Assembly (NCBI GenBank): GCA_944393385.1
Contig: CALYAA010000003.1
Span: 29,363-93,362, forward strand
Direction: 5' to 3'
Origin: an uncultured Clostridia bacterium
GTDB lineage: Bacteria; Bacillota; Clostridia; TANB77; CAG-508
Length of the DNA: 64,000 bases
Shown: one piece after another, positions 20,237 to 29,988 of the stretch
How the letters are laid out: each line of letters opens with the position of its first letter
How positions within the stretch are numbered: the first letter of the stretch is position 1
Position numbers and translations under genes: made by a program
Notes under the pieces: model-generated
Database searches by the model: none
Told to the model about the DNA's origin: nothing
Seen by the model: only the letters and a program-made list of their open reading frames with translations

Positions 20237-20461
20237 ATTTTTCTCATCCTTTCAATCGATGTTTTTTGATTACTGGTAAATTTTACCATCTTTTATTTCT
20301 TTTGTCAAGTATTTATTAATAATTTGTATAATTTATATTTTTTGGGTAAAACTTATTTTAAAGATATTATTTTACAAAAATGTTATTAATAAGATTAAAT
20401 TTATATGCAAATTTTTCCATAACAAAAAAAATTATATGTATAAGAAAGGAATTGATTTTTT

Positions 20462-21106
20462 ATGAAAAAATTTATTAAAAATGTTTTTATTATTATATTT
20501 TTACTATTAATTTATATCCTTTTCTCTGCACAAAGTTATACTTTTGCTATATCTTCAGATTTATCTAATGCTGTTTTCAGATTACATGTTTTAGCCAATA
20601 GTGATTCAAAAGAAGATCAAGATTTAAAATTAAAAGTAAGAGATAATTTACTTAAGTATATGAATAGTATTTGTTCTAATTGCAAAACAAAAGCTGAAGC
20701 AATGAAGATTGCAAATGAAAATAAAGAAGTTTTTCAAGAAATTGCAGAAAATACTGTTAAAGAGAATGGTTATGATTATTCAGTAAAAATTAATATAAAT
20801 AATTTTTATTTTCCTACAAAAACTTATGGAGATATTTCATTACCTGCAGGATATTATGATGCTTTAAGAGTTGAAATTGGAGAAGCAAAAGGTCAAAATT
20901 GGTGGTGTGTTATGTTTCCTTCGTTATGTTTTATTGATGTTAGCTCTGGTGTTGTAGACCAAAGTGGCAAAGAAAATTTAAAAAATAATGTAGAAGAAGA
21001 ATCTTATAAAATTATTTCACAAAGTGAAAATATTCCTAGTGTTAAATTTAAATTTAAAATATTAGAATTTTTCGCACAAACAGGATTATTCACTGCAAAA
21101 AATTAA
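20462..21106 (+). CDS. spoIIR: Stage II sporulation protein R
   Basis: It has a signal/TM N-terminus. SpoIIR signatures are present: FRLHVLANSDSKEDQDLKLKVRD and GQNWWCVMFPSLCF. Confidence 0.9.
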   Translation: MKKFIKNVFIIIFLLLIYILFSAQSYTFAISSDLSNAVFRLHVLANSDSKEDQDLKLKVRDNLLKYMNSICSNCKTKAEAMKIANENKEVFQEIAENTVKENGYDYSVKININNFYFPTKTYGDISLPAGYYDALRVEIGEAKGQNWWCVMFPSLCFIDVSSGVVDQSGKENLKNNVEEESYKIISQSENIPSVKFKFKILEFFAQTGLFTAKN

Positions 21107-21181
21107 AAAACTATTGTAAAATTTACTGTTTTATGTTATATTTTATTTGTTAATTTATATTCATTATGGGGGTGAATACAT

Positions 21182-22441
21182 TTGGAAAAACTAGTAATAA
21201 CAGGACCTACTCGTCTTAAAGGAGAAGTTTCTATTAGTGGTGCAAAAAATGCTGCAGTTGCTATTTTACCTGCCACATTATTAATAGATGGTGTTTGCAC
21301 TATTGAAAATCTTCCAAATATAAGTGACGTAAAAATGTCTTGTAAAATATTAGAAAGTTTAGGTGCAAAAATTACTTGGAATAACACTAATGAAATAACT
21401 ATTGATACTAGGAATATAGAAAAAACAGTTGCTTCAGAAGAATTAACAAGAAAATTTAGAGCTTCATATTATATTATAGGTAGTATGCTTGGCAGAAAAG
21501 GAAATATAACTGTTGGTATGCCAGGCGGATGTAAACTAGGAGCTAGACCTATTGATCAACATATAAAAGGGTTTGAAGCATTAGGTGCTAAAGTAGATAC
21601 GGCTCAAGGAAAAATAACTGCAAAAGCCTCAAAATTAGTTGGAACATCTATATATATGGATGTTGTTTCTGTTGGAGCAACTATTAATGTTATGCTTGCA
21701 GCAGTTCTTGCTGAAGGAACAACAATTATTGATAATGCTGCAAAAGAACCTCACATTGTAGATGTTGCAAACTTTTTAAATACTATGGGAGCGGATATAC
21801 GAGGTGCTGGAACTGATGTTATAAAAATAAATGGTGTAAAAAAATTATCAGGAAATAGTACCTATTCAGTGGTTCCAGATCAAATAGAAGCTGGAACATT
21901 TATGTTGGCTGCTGTTGCAACAAAAGGTAATATTTTAATAAAAAACTGTATAACAAAGCACTTAGAATCTGTAACTGCAAAAATCACAGAAATTGGAGGA
22001 CAAGTTGAGGATTATGGTGATAGTATTAGGGTCATCTGTAATAAACGCCCATCTAAAGCCATTATAAAGACTTTACCATATCCAGGTTTTCCTACAGATT
22101 TACAACCACAAATGGGAGTTGTTCTTTCTATTGCTGACGGGACAAGTAGAATTATAGAAAGTATATGGGAATCTAGATTTCAATATACAGATGAACTTAA
22201 TAAAATGGGAGCAAAAATTACAGCACAAGGTAAATCAGCTTTTTTTGAAGGTGTTGATAAGTTATATGGTGCTCCTGTATATTGCACAGATTTACGTGCC
22301 GGTGCAGCACTTATTATTGCTGGAACCTCTGCAAAAGGAAAAACTGAAGTTTTCAATCTAGAACATATTGATAGAGGATATGAAAATATTGAAGAAAAAT
22401 TTAGAAATCTTGGAGCACAAATAGAAAGAGTTTCTGAATAG
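21182..22441 (+). CDS. murA: UDP-N-acetylglucosamine 1-carboxyvinyltransferase
   Basis: It has a TTG start. Motifs are ISGAKNAAVAILPA, the catalytic loop MPGGCKLGARPID, and LRAGAALIIAG. Confidence 0.95.
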   Translation: MEKLVITGPTRLKGEVSISGAKNAAVAILPATLLIDGVCTIENLPNISDVKMSCKILESLGAKITWNNTNEITIDTRNIEKTVASEELTRKFRASYYIIGSMLGRKGNITVGMPGGCKLGARPIDQHIKGFEALGAKVDTAQGKITAKASKLVGTSIYMDVVSVGATINVMLAAVLAEGTTIIDNAAKEPHIVDVANFLNTMGADIRGAGTDVIKINGVKKLSGNSTYSVVPDQIEAGTFMLAAVATKGNILIKNCITKHLESVTAKITEIGGQVEDYGDSIRVICNKRPSKAIIKTLPYPGFPTDLQPQMGVVLSIADGTSRIIESIWESRFQYTDELNKMGAKITAQGKSAFFEGVDKLYGAPVYCTDLRAGAALIIAGTSAKGKTEVFNLEHIDRGYENIEEKFRNLGAQIERVSE

Positions 22442-22476
22442 TATTATACATTAAAATAAAAGGAAGAAAAATACAT

Positions 22477-23268
22477 ATGTTAAATTTTTGTAGTTTATAT
22501 AGTGGTAGTAGCGGTAATAGTATGTTCGTTGAAAGTGAAAACACCAAATTACTTATTGATGTTGGAATGAGCTGCAAAAAAATAGAAGAAGCTTTATTAT
22601 CAATTGATAAAAGTATATCTTCAATTGACGGAATCCTTATTACACATGAACATTCAGACCATATAAAAGGATTGTCAACAATATCAAAAAAATATAATAT
22701 ACCTGTTTATACAACAAAAAAAACTTTTGATGCAATGTCTACACAGATAGAAACTTCTTTAAATAAAAACTGTCATTTCTTTTCTGTGAATGATAATTTT
22801 TATATTAAAGATTTAGAAATTAAATCTTTTTCAATTCCTCATGATGCAGCAGAACCTTGTGGTTTTAATATTTGTAACAAAAATCATAAGATAAGTATTG
22901 CAACAGATATTGGACATATGACTAAAGATATTGTAAATAATCTTGAAGGAAGTGAATTAATTTTACTAGAATCAAATTATGATACAGAAGTTTTAAAATG
23001 TTGTAAATATCCATTTAATTTAAAAGCTCGTATTGCTGGTAGTAATGGACACTTATCAAATACAATTGCAGGTAAAACAATTTCATATTTATTAAAAAAT
23101 AGTAATTTACATACTGCTATTTTAGGACACTTAAGTAAAGAAAGTAATTTTCCAGAACTTGCTTATCAAACAACAGTTGATGAACTAATTTCTACTGGTT
23201 GTAATACTGACTCAATAAACCTATCTGTTGCAAACAGAGACTTTCCTGGAAAAATGATTACTTTATAA
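22477..23268 (+). CDS. MBL-fold metallo-hydrolase (YycJ/WalJ-like)
   Basis: It carries the HEHSDH metal motif. Length is 263 aa with YycJ-like organisation. Confidence 0.8.
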   Translation: MLNFCSLYSGSSGNSMFVESENTKLLIDVGMSCKKIEEALLSIDKSISSIDGILITHEHSDHIKGLSTISKKYNIPVYTTKKTFDAMSTQIETSLNKNCHFFSVNDNFYIKDLEIKSFSIPHDAAEPCGFNICNKNHKISIATDIGHMTKDIVNNLEGSELILLESNYDTEVLKCCKYPFNLKARIAGSNGHLSNTIAGKTISYLLKNSNLHTAILGHLSKESNFPELAYQTTVDELISTGCNTDSINLSVANRDFPGKMITL

Positions 23269-23851
23269 ATAATAATTATTTGCTCAATATAGTTACCCGC
23301 AAATAACTTTATTAAAATATTTTTAAATAATTTTACTCTAATCAAATAAATATAAAAAAATTAAATTATTGTAAAATAAAAAGACATGAAATTTTAATAA
23401 TTTTTATTAACAATTATATATTCCATGTCTTTTTAATATAAGTATTGTAAAGAGAATATATAGGAACAATTAATAATACTTAATCTTCTTTAATAATAAA
23501 ATAGGGGCCTATTATTGAAGAAAAAAATTTTTGACTTAAATAAGGAATCTTTTTTATTAATTATTGATTTATGGGGGAAATTATATATTCCCTTTACAAA
23601 ATAAAAAACTTGAAATAAATTTAAAATTTATAGAAGAACAAATTAATGAAAAAATTTTTGTTTGTTCTTTAGCTATATATTAACTCATAAAAAATTTTTT
23701 GTCAATAAAAATCGTTCGACATAATTCGACATATTATTTTCCTAGATTCATTTTAATTATATATTTATCAACAAATTATATATATCTCTCTAACAAATTA
23801 ATAATTAAATTATGCCGTTAGTTTTTAATTAATCATTTTATAAAAGTAATA

Positions 23852-24391
23852 TCATGCAAATATTATATTACAGATTAATATAGATACAATAATACCAGTT
23901 ATATCTGCTAATATTGCTGGAATTATAATTTTTCGCGTATTTTTTATTTTTAAGCAACTACAATAAACAGTTATGGTATATAAAGTTGTTTCAGTTGAGC
24001 CCATTATTACAGAAGCTATTAATCCTATAATCGAATCAACTCCGTTATTTTTTATTATATCAGTTGCAATTGCTAGTGAAGCACTTCCTGAAATTGGTCT
24101 TAATAAAGCAAGAGGTAAAATTTCTTTAGGAAATCTTACAAAACTTAAAATCGGCTCTATCAATTTAGTAATATAATCTATAATTCCAGAATTATTCAAT
24201 AGACCTATAGAAAAAAATAGTCCAATTAAAGTTGGGAAAATTGTAATTGTAATTTCTAATCCTTTTTTAGCACCATTTAAAAATAAATCAAAAACATTTT
24301 TCTTTTCTTTCATACCAAAAGAAATTATTATAAGAATTGCCAAAGGCACTGCTAAAACAGATATATAATTAATTAATTTTATTTTTATCAC
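23852..24391 (-). CDS. spmB: Spore maturation protein B (nucleoside-recognition/Gate-domain membrane protein)
   Basis: It is a polytopic membrane protein paired with an upstream spmA-like gene. It carries the conserved RPISGSASLAI motif. Confidence 0.75.
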   Translation of the reverse strand: MIKIKLINYISVLAVPLAILIIISFGMKEKKNVFDLFLNGAKKGLEITITIFPTLIGLFFSIGLLNNSGIIDYITKLIEPILSFVRFPKEILPLALLRPISGSASLAIATDIIKNNGVDSIIGLIASVIMGSTETTLYTITVYCSCLKIKNTRKIIIPAILADITGIIVSILICNIIFA

Positions 24392-24399
24392 TTTCTTTC

Positions 24400-24975
24400 T
24401 TAATTTTTATCTACCTTTATAAACAATTTTGTAATCATAATTCCCACAATTAGTGAACAAATTGTGGAAATCCAAACAGGAAATATTATTTTTGTTGGTT
24501 CTTCTGAATTTAATGCTGTTCTAATAGATATTACTGTTGTCGGAATAATTTGTAGAGATGCTGTATTCAATACAATTAACATCATCATATTGTCACTTAA
24601 TTTATCTTTTTTAATATTATCTTTTTGAAGTTCTTCCATTGCTTGTAATCCAAGTGGCGTCGCAGCATTCCCAAGTCCTAAAATATTTGCTATTATATTC
24701 ATAATTATTTTATTTTGAGCATTTTTATTAATATTAGAAAATACTTTTTTTATAATTTTTTTTAGAAAATTGTTTAAAATATCAATTATTTTTGTATTGG
24801 ATGCAATCTCCATAATTCCACTCCACAAACAAGTACTTCCTATTAATGTCAATGTTAATGTTATTGCACTTTCTGTTGATGTAGTTATTGCTTTATTTAT
24901 ATTTTCTACATTTCCAGAAATAATTGAAAAAAGAATTGATAAAATAATAAATAGTGGCCATAATATATTTAACAT
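24400..24975 (-). CDS. spmA: Spore maturation protein A
   Basis: It is a polytopic membrane protein with the motif LGLGNAATPLGLQAMEEL. It forms an operon pair with spmB. Confidence 0.75.
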   Translation of the reverse strand: MLNILWPLFIILSILFSIISGNVENINKAITTSTESAITLTLTLIGSTCLWSGIMEIASNTKIIDILNNFLKKIIKKVFSNINKNAQNKIIMNIIANILGLGNAATPLGLQAMEELQKDNIKKDKLSDNMMMLIVLNTASLQIIPTTVISIRTALNSEEPTKIIFPVWISTICSLIVGIMITKLFIKVDKN

Positions 24976-25167
24976 ATTTTTCCTTTCATATTTATTAAAT
25001 ATGTATTATGAAGTAATACTCTATAGTACTCATAGTAAAAAAATATTTATATATTTTTAAAAAAAATTTGTAAAAATATAACAAATTTTCAAAAAAATAA
25101 TTGACGTCATTCAAGTTTTGTGATATTATATACATGAATTGAAAAAAATGTTTAAGGAGGGCAAATT

Positions 25168-25434
25168 ATGAAATCAACTGGTATAGTTAGAAAAGTAGAT
25201 GAATTAGGAAGAATAGTTATTCCAAGAGAAATTAGAAATAAATTTGAAATTGCCGAAAAAGATCCTTTAGAAATATATGTTGATGGAACTTCAATAATAT
25301 TAAAAAAATATGAACCAAATTGTATTTTCTGTGGTAATTCAAAAAATCTAGTTACTTTTAAGGATAGATTATTATGTCCAAAATGTGTAGAAAAAATTTC
25401 TACCTTAGAAGCTACATTAAAAGAAGTAGAATAA
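25168..25434 (+). CDS. abrB: AbrB-family transition-state regulator
   Basis: The SpoVT/AbrB swapped-hairpin N-terminus is MKSTGIVRKVDELGRIVIPREIRNKF. The C-terminal Cys pairs CIFCG...CPKC are present, and the SD is strong (AAGGAGGG). Confidence 0.9.
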   Translation: MKSTGIVRKVDELGRIVIPREIRNKFEIAEKDPLEIYVDGTSIILKKYEPNCIFCGNSKNLVTFKDRLLCPKCVEKISTLEATLKEVE

Positions 25435-25495
25435 AAATTCTACTTCTTTTATATTTTCAAATTATAAATCTAAAAATATTTAAAAACTTAAATAT

Positions 25496-26323
25496 TTATT
25501 TATTCAAAAAATACATATAAACTTCATTTTTAGTTAATCCTCTATCTTTTGCAATTTTTTTTATAATTTCTTTTTTAATTAATCCATTATTTTTATAATA
25601 CTCAAAATGCTCTTCTAATGTTAATTTATTTAATAAATTATCACCTTCTTTTTTATTTAAATTGCCTTCAATAATTAATATCATCTCACCTTTAATATTT
25701 TGAATATTTTCTATTAACTCATTAATATCTTTTCTAATAAATTCTTCATGTATTTTTGTTAATTCTCTTGCCAAAACTATTTGCCTATTTTTTAATATTT
25801 GTTTTAAGTCTTTAAGAGTTTGTTCAATTTTATGTGGTGCTTCATATAAAATTATTGTTTTTTCTGAATTTTCTATTTCTTTTAATTTTTGAGTTCTTAA
25901 CTTTTTATTTAAAGGCAAAAAACCTAAAAAGCAAAATTCTTTAGTACTTATTCCAGATGCTATTAAAGCATTAATCATTGCACAAGCACCAGGAATTGGA
26001 ATTACTTCTATATTATTTTCAATAGACTTTTTTATAATTTCTTCTCCCGGGTCACAAATTCCTGGTGTACCAGCATCAGAAACTAAAGCTATATTATCTC
26101 CCTGTTTCAATTTTTCAATTAAAATATCACTTCTTATATCTTCATTATGTCTATGATAACTTATTAATGGTTTATGAATATCATAATAATTTAATAGTTT
26201 TAATGTCTGTCTCGTATCTTCTGCAGCAATTAAATCAACAATTTTTAAAATTTTTAATGCTCTTAATGTTATATCTTCTAAATTTCCTATTGGAGTTGCA
26301 ACTACATATAATTTTCCAAACAT
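25496..26323 (-). CDS. rsmI: 16S rRNA (cytidine1402-2'-O)-methyltransferase RsmI
   Basis: It begins MFGKLYVVATPIGNLEDITLRALKIL, and also carries SDAGTPGICDPG. The upstream 21 codons of the ORF track are probably not translated. Confidence 0.9.
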   Translation of the reverse strand: MFGKLYVVATPIGNLEDITLRALKILKIVDLIAAEDTRQTLKLLNYYDIHKPLISYHRHNEDIRSDILIEKLKQGDNIALVSDAGTPGICDPGEEIIKKSIENNIEVIPIPGACAMINALIASGISTKEFCFLGFLPLNKKLRTQKLKEIENSEKTIILYEAPHKIEQTLKDLKQILKNRQIVLARELTKIHEEFIRKDINELIENIQNIKGEMILIIEGNLNKKEGDNLLNKLTLEEHFEYYKNNGLIKKEIIKKIAKDRGLTKNEVYMYFLNK

Positions 26324-26389
26324 ATTACCATTCCTTTCATATGGAATATATTTTATCATATTTTTTACAAAATTAAAATATTTCATTAT

Positions 26390-26560
26390 TATTTTATTTA
26401 TTTTTTATTCAAATATTATTTATTTATTTTTATTTTTTTATTTAAATATTATTTATTTATTTTTTGTTTAAATATTATTTATTTATTTTTATTTGAATAT
26501 TATTTATTTTTATTTTTTATTTAAATATTATTTATTTATTTTTATTTAAATATTATTTTT
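26390..26560. repeat. AT-only tandem repeat, about 6 copies of a 26-33-bp unit (tttaaatattatttatttatttttat)
   Basis: I read the repeat directly from the sequence. It shares the core tattatttatttattttt with the array at 56.3-56.66 kb. Confidence 0.8.
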
Positions 26561-26669
26561 TTATCTCCACTTTTATTATTTTATATTTTTATTAATTTAT
26601 TTTTTTATTATCATTTTTTATTATTTAGAATATAATATATTATATTTTTATATAAAAGGGAGAATATTT

Positions 26670-26885
26670 ATGAATAATAATAATTTAAATTATTTTTATA
26701 ACAATAAACTTTTAAATAAATATAATACTTTAGAAAATAGCAGACATTTAGATAAAAAAAATAAATTTGATTTAATTTTATTAAAAAATAAAACATTATC
26801 TTCACTTAATGACGTAGAATGTTTCTTGAACAAAATTACTTTAGCAAAAAAATATATAAAAATATATAATTTATTTAAAAAATAG
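26670..26885 (+). CDS. Doubtful small ORF (71 aa, N/K-rich)
   Basis: It has an SD-like AAGGGAG 8 nt upstream. Its composition cannot be distinguished from AT-rich noncoding DNA. Confidence 0.25.
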   Translation: MNNNNLNYFYNNKLLNKYNTLENSRHLDKKNKFDLILLKNKTLSSLNDVECFLNKITLAKKYIKIYNLFKK

Positions 26886-26939
26886 ATTATATATTTTTAT
26901 TAAGTTTTATTATTTATTTTTATTTTATATAATTTTTTA

Positions 26940-27473
26940 TTATTTGTTCTTTAAATATATTTCTGATAATTTTTCATTCTTCTCCCCGTTAATTAAAAAT
27001 GATACTGAATTTATCTCTTTTAAATTTGTTAATGTATTTACTATGCTATTTATTATTTTAAATTTTTTTTCATCATTTTCAAAATTTAAAAATTGATTTG
27101 AAAAATTTATAATTGCACATCCGTTTTCTATTTTTATTTCATTTAATATTGTTCCATCTGGAATTAATTTTTTTAAATTACTACTTTGTGGCCCCTTTAT
27201 TAATAAATTTACCATTTCTTTATATGGCTCATTTAATAATTTTTTTACATCAATTATTTGTGTTTCCGCTTCTAATTCTCCTGTTTCTGTATTTTCAAAA
27301 TATAATATAATTTTTGTTTGAGTTTCTTGTTCTTCTGATATTTCTTCTTGTGGTATATAATCTTGATATTCATCTTCTACCTTTTTAATTTCAATATTTT
27401 TAAATATAAAAAATACTCCTATAATAATTGCAATAAAAACAATTATAGTAATTATTCTTTTCTTCTTTTTCAT
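26940..27473 (-). CDS. GerMN-domain protein (GerM-like, membrane-anchored)
   Basis: It has an N-terminal TM segment. The GerMN-like segment is ILYFENTETGELEAETQIID...MVNLLIKGPQSSNLKKLIPDGTILNEIKIENGCAIINFS...INSVSFLINGE. Confidence 0.7.
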   Translation of the reverse strand: MKKKKRIITIIVFIAIIIGVFFIFKNIEIKKVEDEYQDYIPQEEISEEQETQTKIILYFENTETGELEAETQIIDVKKLLNEPYKEMVNLLIKGPQSSNLKKLIPDGTILNEIKIENGCAIINFSNQFLNFENDEKKFKIINSIVNTLTNLKEINSVSFLINGEKNEKLSEIYLKNK

Positions 27474-27570
27474 GTCCCTGTCCTCCTCATATTGAAATAT
27501 ATTTTATTCTTTATATTTTTAGAACAAATTTAAATAAATTATATTTCATTTTTATATACTAAGATTTACT

Positions 27571-27609
27571 TAAAAAAAATAAAAAGGATATAACTTCTTT
27601 TATCCTTTT
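27571..27609 (-). terminator. Rho-independent terminator closing the T4SS cluster
   Basis: The stem is aaaaggata/tatcctttt with a 10-nt loop. On the minus strand it is followed by a T8 run, and it sits about 60 nt after the stop at 27668. Confidence 0.6.
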
Positions 27610-27667
27610 TATTTTTTAACAATTTTATATTATATATCTTATAATTTTTCATATAAATAATTTACTT

Positions 27668-28936
27668 TTAATTAAAATAAAACTTAAAACTGTTTTCTTC
27701 TCCTAATATAACAACTATTTTATTTATATTATATTCAGAATTAGCAGAATTATCTTTATATACTTTTACCTCAAGTGTATTTAATTCTTCATCTTGCTCT
27801 AATGATGTTATTTCATAATAATTTGAATTATAAAATTTCTCTCCTATATAATTTATAAAATCGTTAATATTACTGAAATTATTTGCTTTGTATGATTCAT
27901 CTAATAAATTATATAAATTTTCGTAATCATAATTATTAATCATTTTCATTATTTTATCAATATTTGTTGATAATTTTTTAGTGTCTGATGCAGAAGAATA
28001 TGCTTTTTTAAAAGAATCTGTGATTATAGTATATTCATCAAGTTGTACTGTTAATTCCATCGGATAACTAGCATTTATGATATATCTATTATCATTTTTG
28101 GTTTTAATAATATATCCACCATTATCATATTTTGATATTTCTTTTATTTCTGTATCTAATTTATTATTGCCATTCATTAAATTTACATAATTCAAGAATC
28201 TATTATAATCATCCATAAATCTTATTTCTCTATACTGTTCATCTAACATATTATATGCTTCTAAAGAATTATTTTTTAATAAATTAATAAAGTAGTTTGC
28301 ATATTTTGTATATATTTCCTCTTCACTTAATCGTAAAAATTCAAATTTATTAAAATTGTTTTGTTCTATTTCTTCTAATTTTTCCTTTTCCTGTATCTGT
28401 TCTATACTTGTATAATTATTATTATATAATGGTGTTATTTTAAATGTACTATTGCTTAAATCCAAATCAACTATATAAAATTTTTGTTGATTATATATGT
28501 CATCATCAACTACTCCTTTTACAATAAAAGAATATAGTGTTTTGTCTCTTTTTTCATACATTTCTGTTCCAATAAAGTCATATCCTTGTTCTATATTAGT
28601 TAATATATTTTCTTCAGTTAAATTATTTTGTTGTATGTAATTTTCATCTAAATAGCTTATTACTTCCACTGCTCCACCCATTTTTATAGCATCTAAATAT
28701 TTATTAATACATTCTTCTACACTAAAAAAATAAGTTGCATTTATTACTTTTTCTCTATCTTTAATTGCATGTTCTTCTATATCTCCCTGTGGTTCATCTT
28801 CTATTACTATATTTCCATCATTATCTACAATATTTTCTTCATAAAATTTCTTTCTGGAAAATAAAATAATTGTTAATATAATTATAACCAAAACAATTAA
28901 CGAAATAATAGCTATTAATAGCTTTTTATTTTTCAT
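27668..28936 (-). CDS. Bitopic protein with three tandem NTF2-like modules (VirB8/TcpC-like candidate), paralogue of 29989-31176
   Basis: It has an N-terminal TM segment. An internal triplicate is visible: ...VISYLDENYIQQNNLTEENIL..., ...AYNMLDEQYREIRFMDDYNRFLNYV... and ...LYNLLDESYKANNFSNINDFINYI.... Confidence 0.55.
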   Translation of the reverse strand: MKNKKLLIAIISLIVLVIIILTIILFSRKKFYEENIVDNDGNIVIEDEPQGDIEEHAIKDREKVINATYFFSVEECINKYLDAIKMGGAVEVISYLDENYIQQNNLTEENILTNIEQGYDFIGTEMYEKRDKTLYSFIVKGVVDDDIYNQQKFYIVDLDLSNSTFKITPLYNNNYTSIEQIQEKEKLEEIEQNNFNKFEFLRLSEEEIYTKYANYFINLLKNNSLEAYNMLDEQYREIRFMDDYNRFLNYVNLMNGNNKLDTEIKEISKYDNGGYIIKTKNDNRYIINASYPMELTVQLDEYTIITDSFKKAYSSASDTKKLSTNIDKIMKMINNYDYENLYNLLDESYKANNFSNINDFINYIGEKFYNSNYYEITSLEQDEELNTLEVKVYKDNSANSEYNINKIVVILGEENSFKFYFN

Positions 28937-29001
28937 ATTTATTTTATCCTTTCAATTAAATAAAAATTTAAATTTCAATTAAATCTAATTTTATTTATTA
29001 T

Positions 29002-29424
29002 CTATCTTTTTGTTACTCTAATTATATAGTCAAAATGTCCTTGGTTTATAATTCTACTTGTTGCAACTCCTTTATAGCTAATTTCTTTTCTAATTTGATT
29101 TGTAGAACCTGCTCCATATGTACCAACCCCATCTCCTGCAAATACTTCTATATGTCTTGATTGAGAAGCTTTTAACAAGAAATCTCCTGGTTGAGGTGTT
29201 TCAGTTGCCGTTGTTGCCCATTCCCAACCATATTGTGATAAATCATAATTTGCTCCAGGTGAACCTAATATCCAGCATAAGAAATCATTTGTAGATAATT
29301 GTACTTGTCCTATAAATTCTGTATATCCATATTGTATTAAAACCCATGTAACAAATGCACTACAATCAATTCCTCTAGTACTATTATCTGCCATTAGTTG
29401 ATTGTAACCTTCATTAGTTATCAT
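29002..29424 (-). CDS. NlpC/P60-family cell-wall peptidase domain protein (no signal peptide or anchor of its own)
   Basis: The catalytic Cys context is RGIDCSAFVTWVL. The His context is PGDFLLKASQSRHIEVFAGDG. Its start overlaps the upstream ORF stop (ATGATAACTAA). Confidence 0.7.
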   Translation of the reverse strand: MITNEGYNQLMADNSTRGIDCSAFVTWVLIQYGYTEFIGQVQLSTNDFLCWILGSPGANYDLSQYGWEWATTATETPQPGDFLLKASQSRHIEVFAGDGVGTYGAGSTNQIRKEISYKGVATSRIINQGHFDYIIRVTKR

Positions 29425-29968
29425 TCCGTTGAGATCTTAAAATTTCTGGATAATCCATTATATTACCATTTCTATACCAGAAATTATAATAAGCAATATA
29501 GTCATGAATTTCTTCTGAAATTTGTACTATATCATCTGAGGCAGAAATTGTAAAATTATTATCACTTTGAATTATATAACTGTCATCATATATTGACCCC
29601 ATTTCAGAAGTTGAGACATCTCCTGATTTTACATCATTTTTGAATACATTAGATACTGCTCCAAATGTAGCTAAATAAAATGCTACAAATATCAATGCTA
29701 TAATTATTACTCCTATTACAATTAAACTAACTGGAGCTGTATATATTATTAATTGTACAAGTAGCTTAAATAAATGCATTGCAGCTTTAGCTATTAATTT
29801 GGCTAATTTTTTTAGTGCTTCTATTGCCATTTTTTTAGCTCTAGCCATTAAGTTATTTGCAATATCTTGAACTTGCTCTACTGTTTTATCTGCAATTTTC
29901 CTTTCCATCTGTGAAACAGGATTATTATCTAGCTCTGTTTGTTGTTGGTTATTATTTTCTTCGTCCAT
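29414..29968 (-). CDS. Membrane-anchored protein, probable N-terminal half of a split hydrolase
   Basis: It has a coiled N-terminus and a long hydrophobic segment (LLVQLIIYTAPVSLIVIGVIIIALIFVAFYLATFGAV). It ends 11 nt inside the NlpC/P60 ORF. Confidence 0.55.
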   Translation of the reverse strand: MDEENNNQQQTELDNNPVSQMERKIADKTVEQVQDIANNLMARAKKMAIEALKKLAKLIAKAAMHLFKLLVQLIIYTAPVSLIVIGVIIIALIFVAFYLATFGAVSNVFKNDVKSGDVSTSEMGSIYDDSYIIQSDNNFTISASDDIVQISEEIHDYIAYYNFWYRNGNIMDYPEILRSQRNDN

Positions 29969-29988
29969 ATTACACCTCCTAACTAGTT

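Noticed and set aside
21136-21387. An 83-aa minus-strand ORF overlapping the murA start.
   Set aside because: It is antisense to the highly conserved murA N-terminus (ISGAKNAAVAILPA) and has no SD.
23269-23851. A 580-bp ORF-free spacer between the convergent MBL-hydrolase and spmB genes. I scanned it for tRNA, tmRNA, 6S, RNase P or riboswitch-like motifs.
   Set aside because: I saw only short AT hairpins (for example aaagacatg...catgtcttt and aagaacaaa...tttgttctt) and a ttcgacata x2 direct repeat. Nothing is recognisable, so I make no call.
26390-26560. A possible CRISPR array, considered here and also at 56290-56660.
   Set aside because: The units are contiguous, with no unique spacers. 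The periods are 18-33 bp, the sequence is AT-only, and there are no cas genes in the window.
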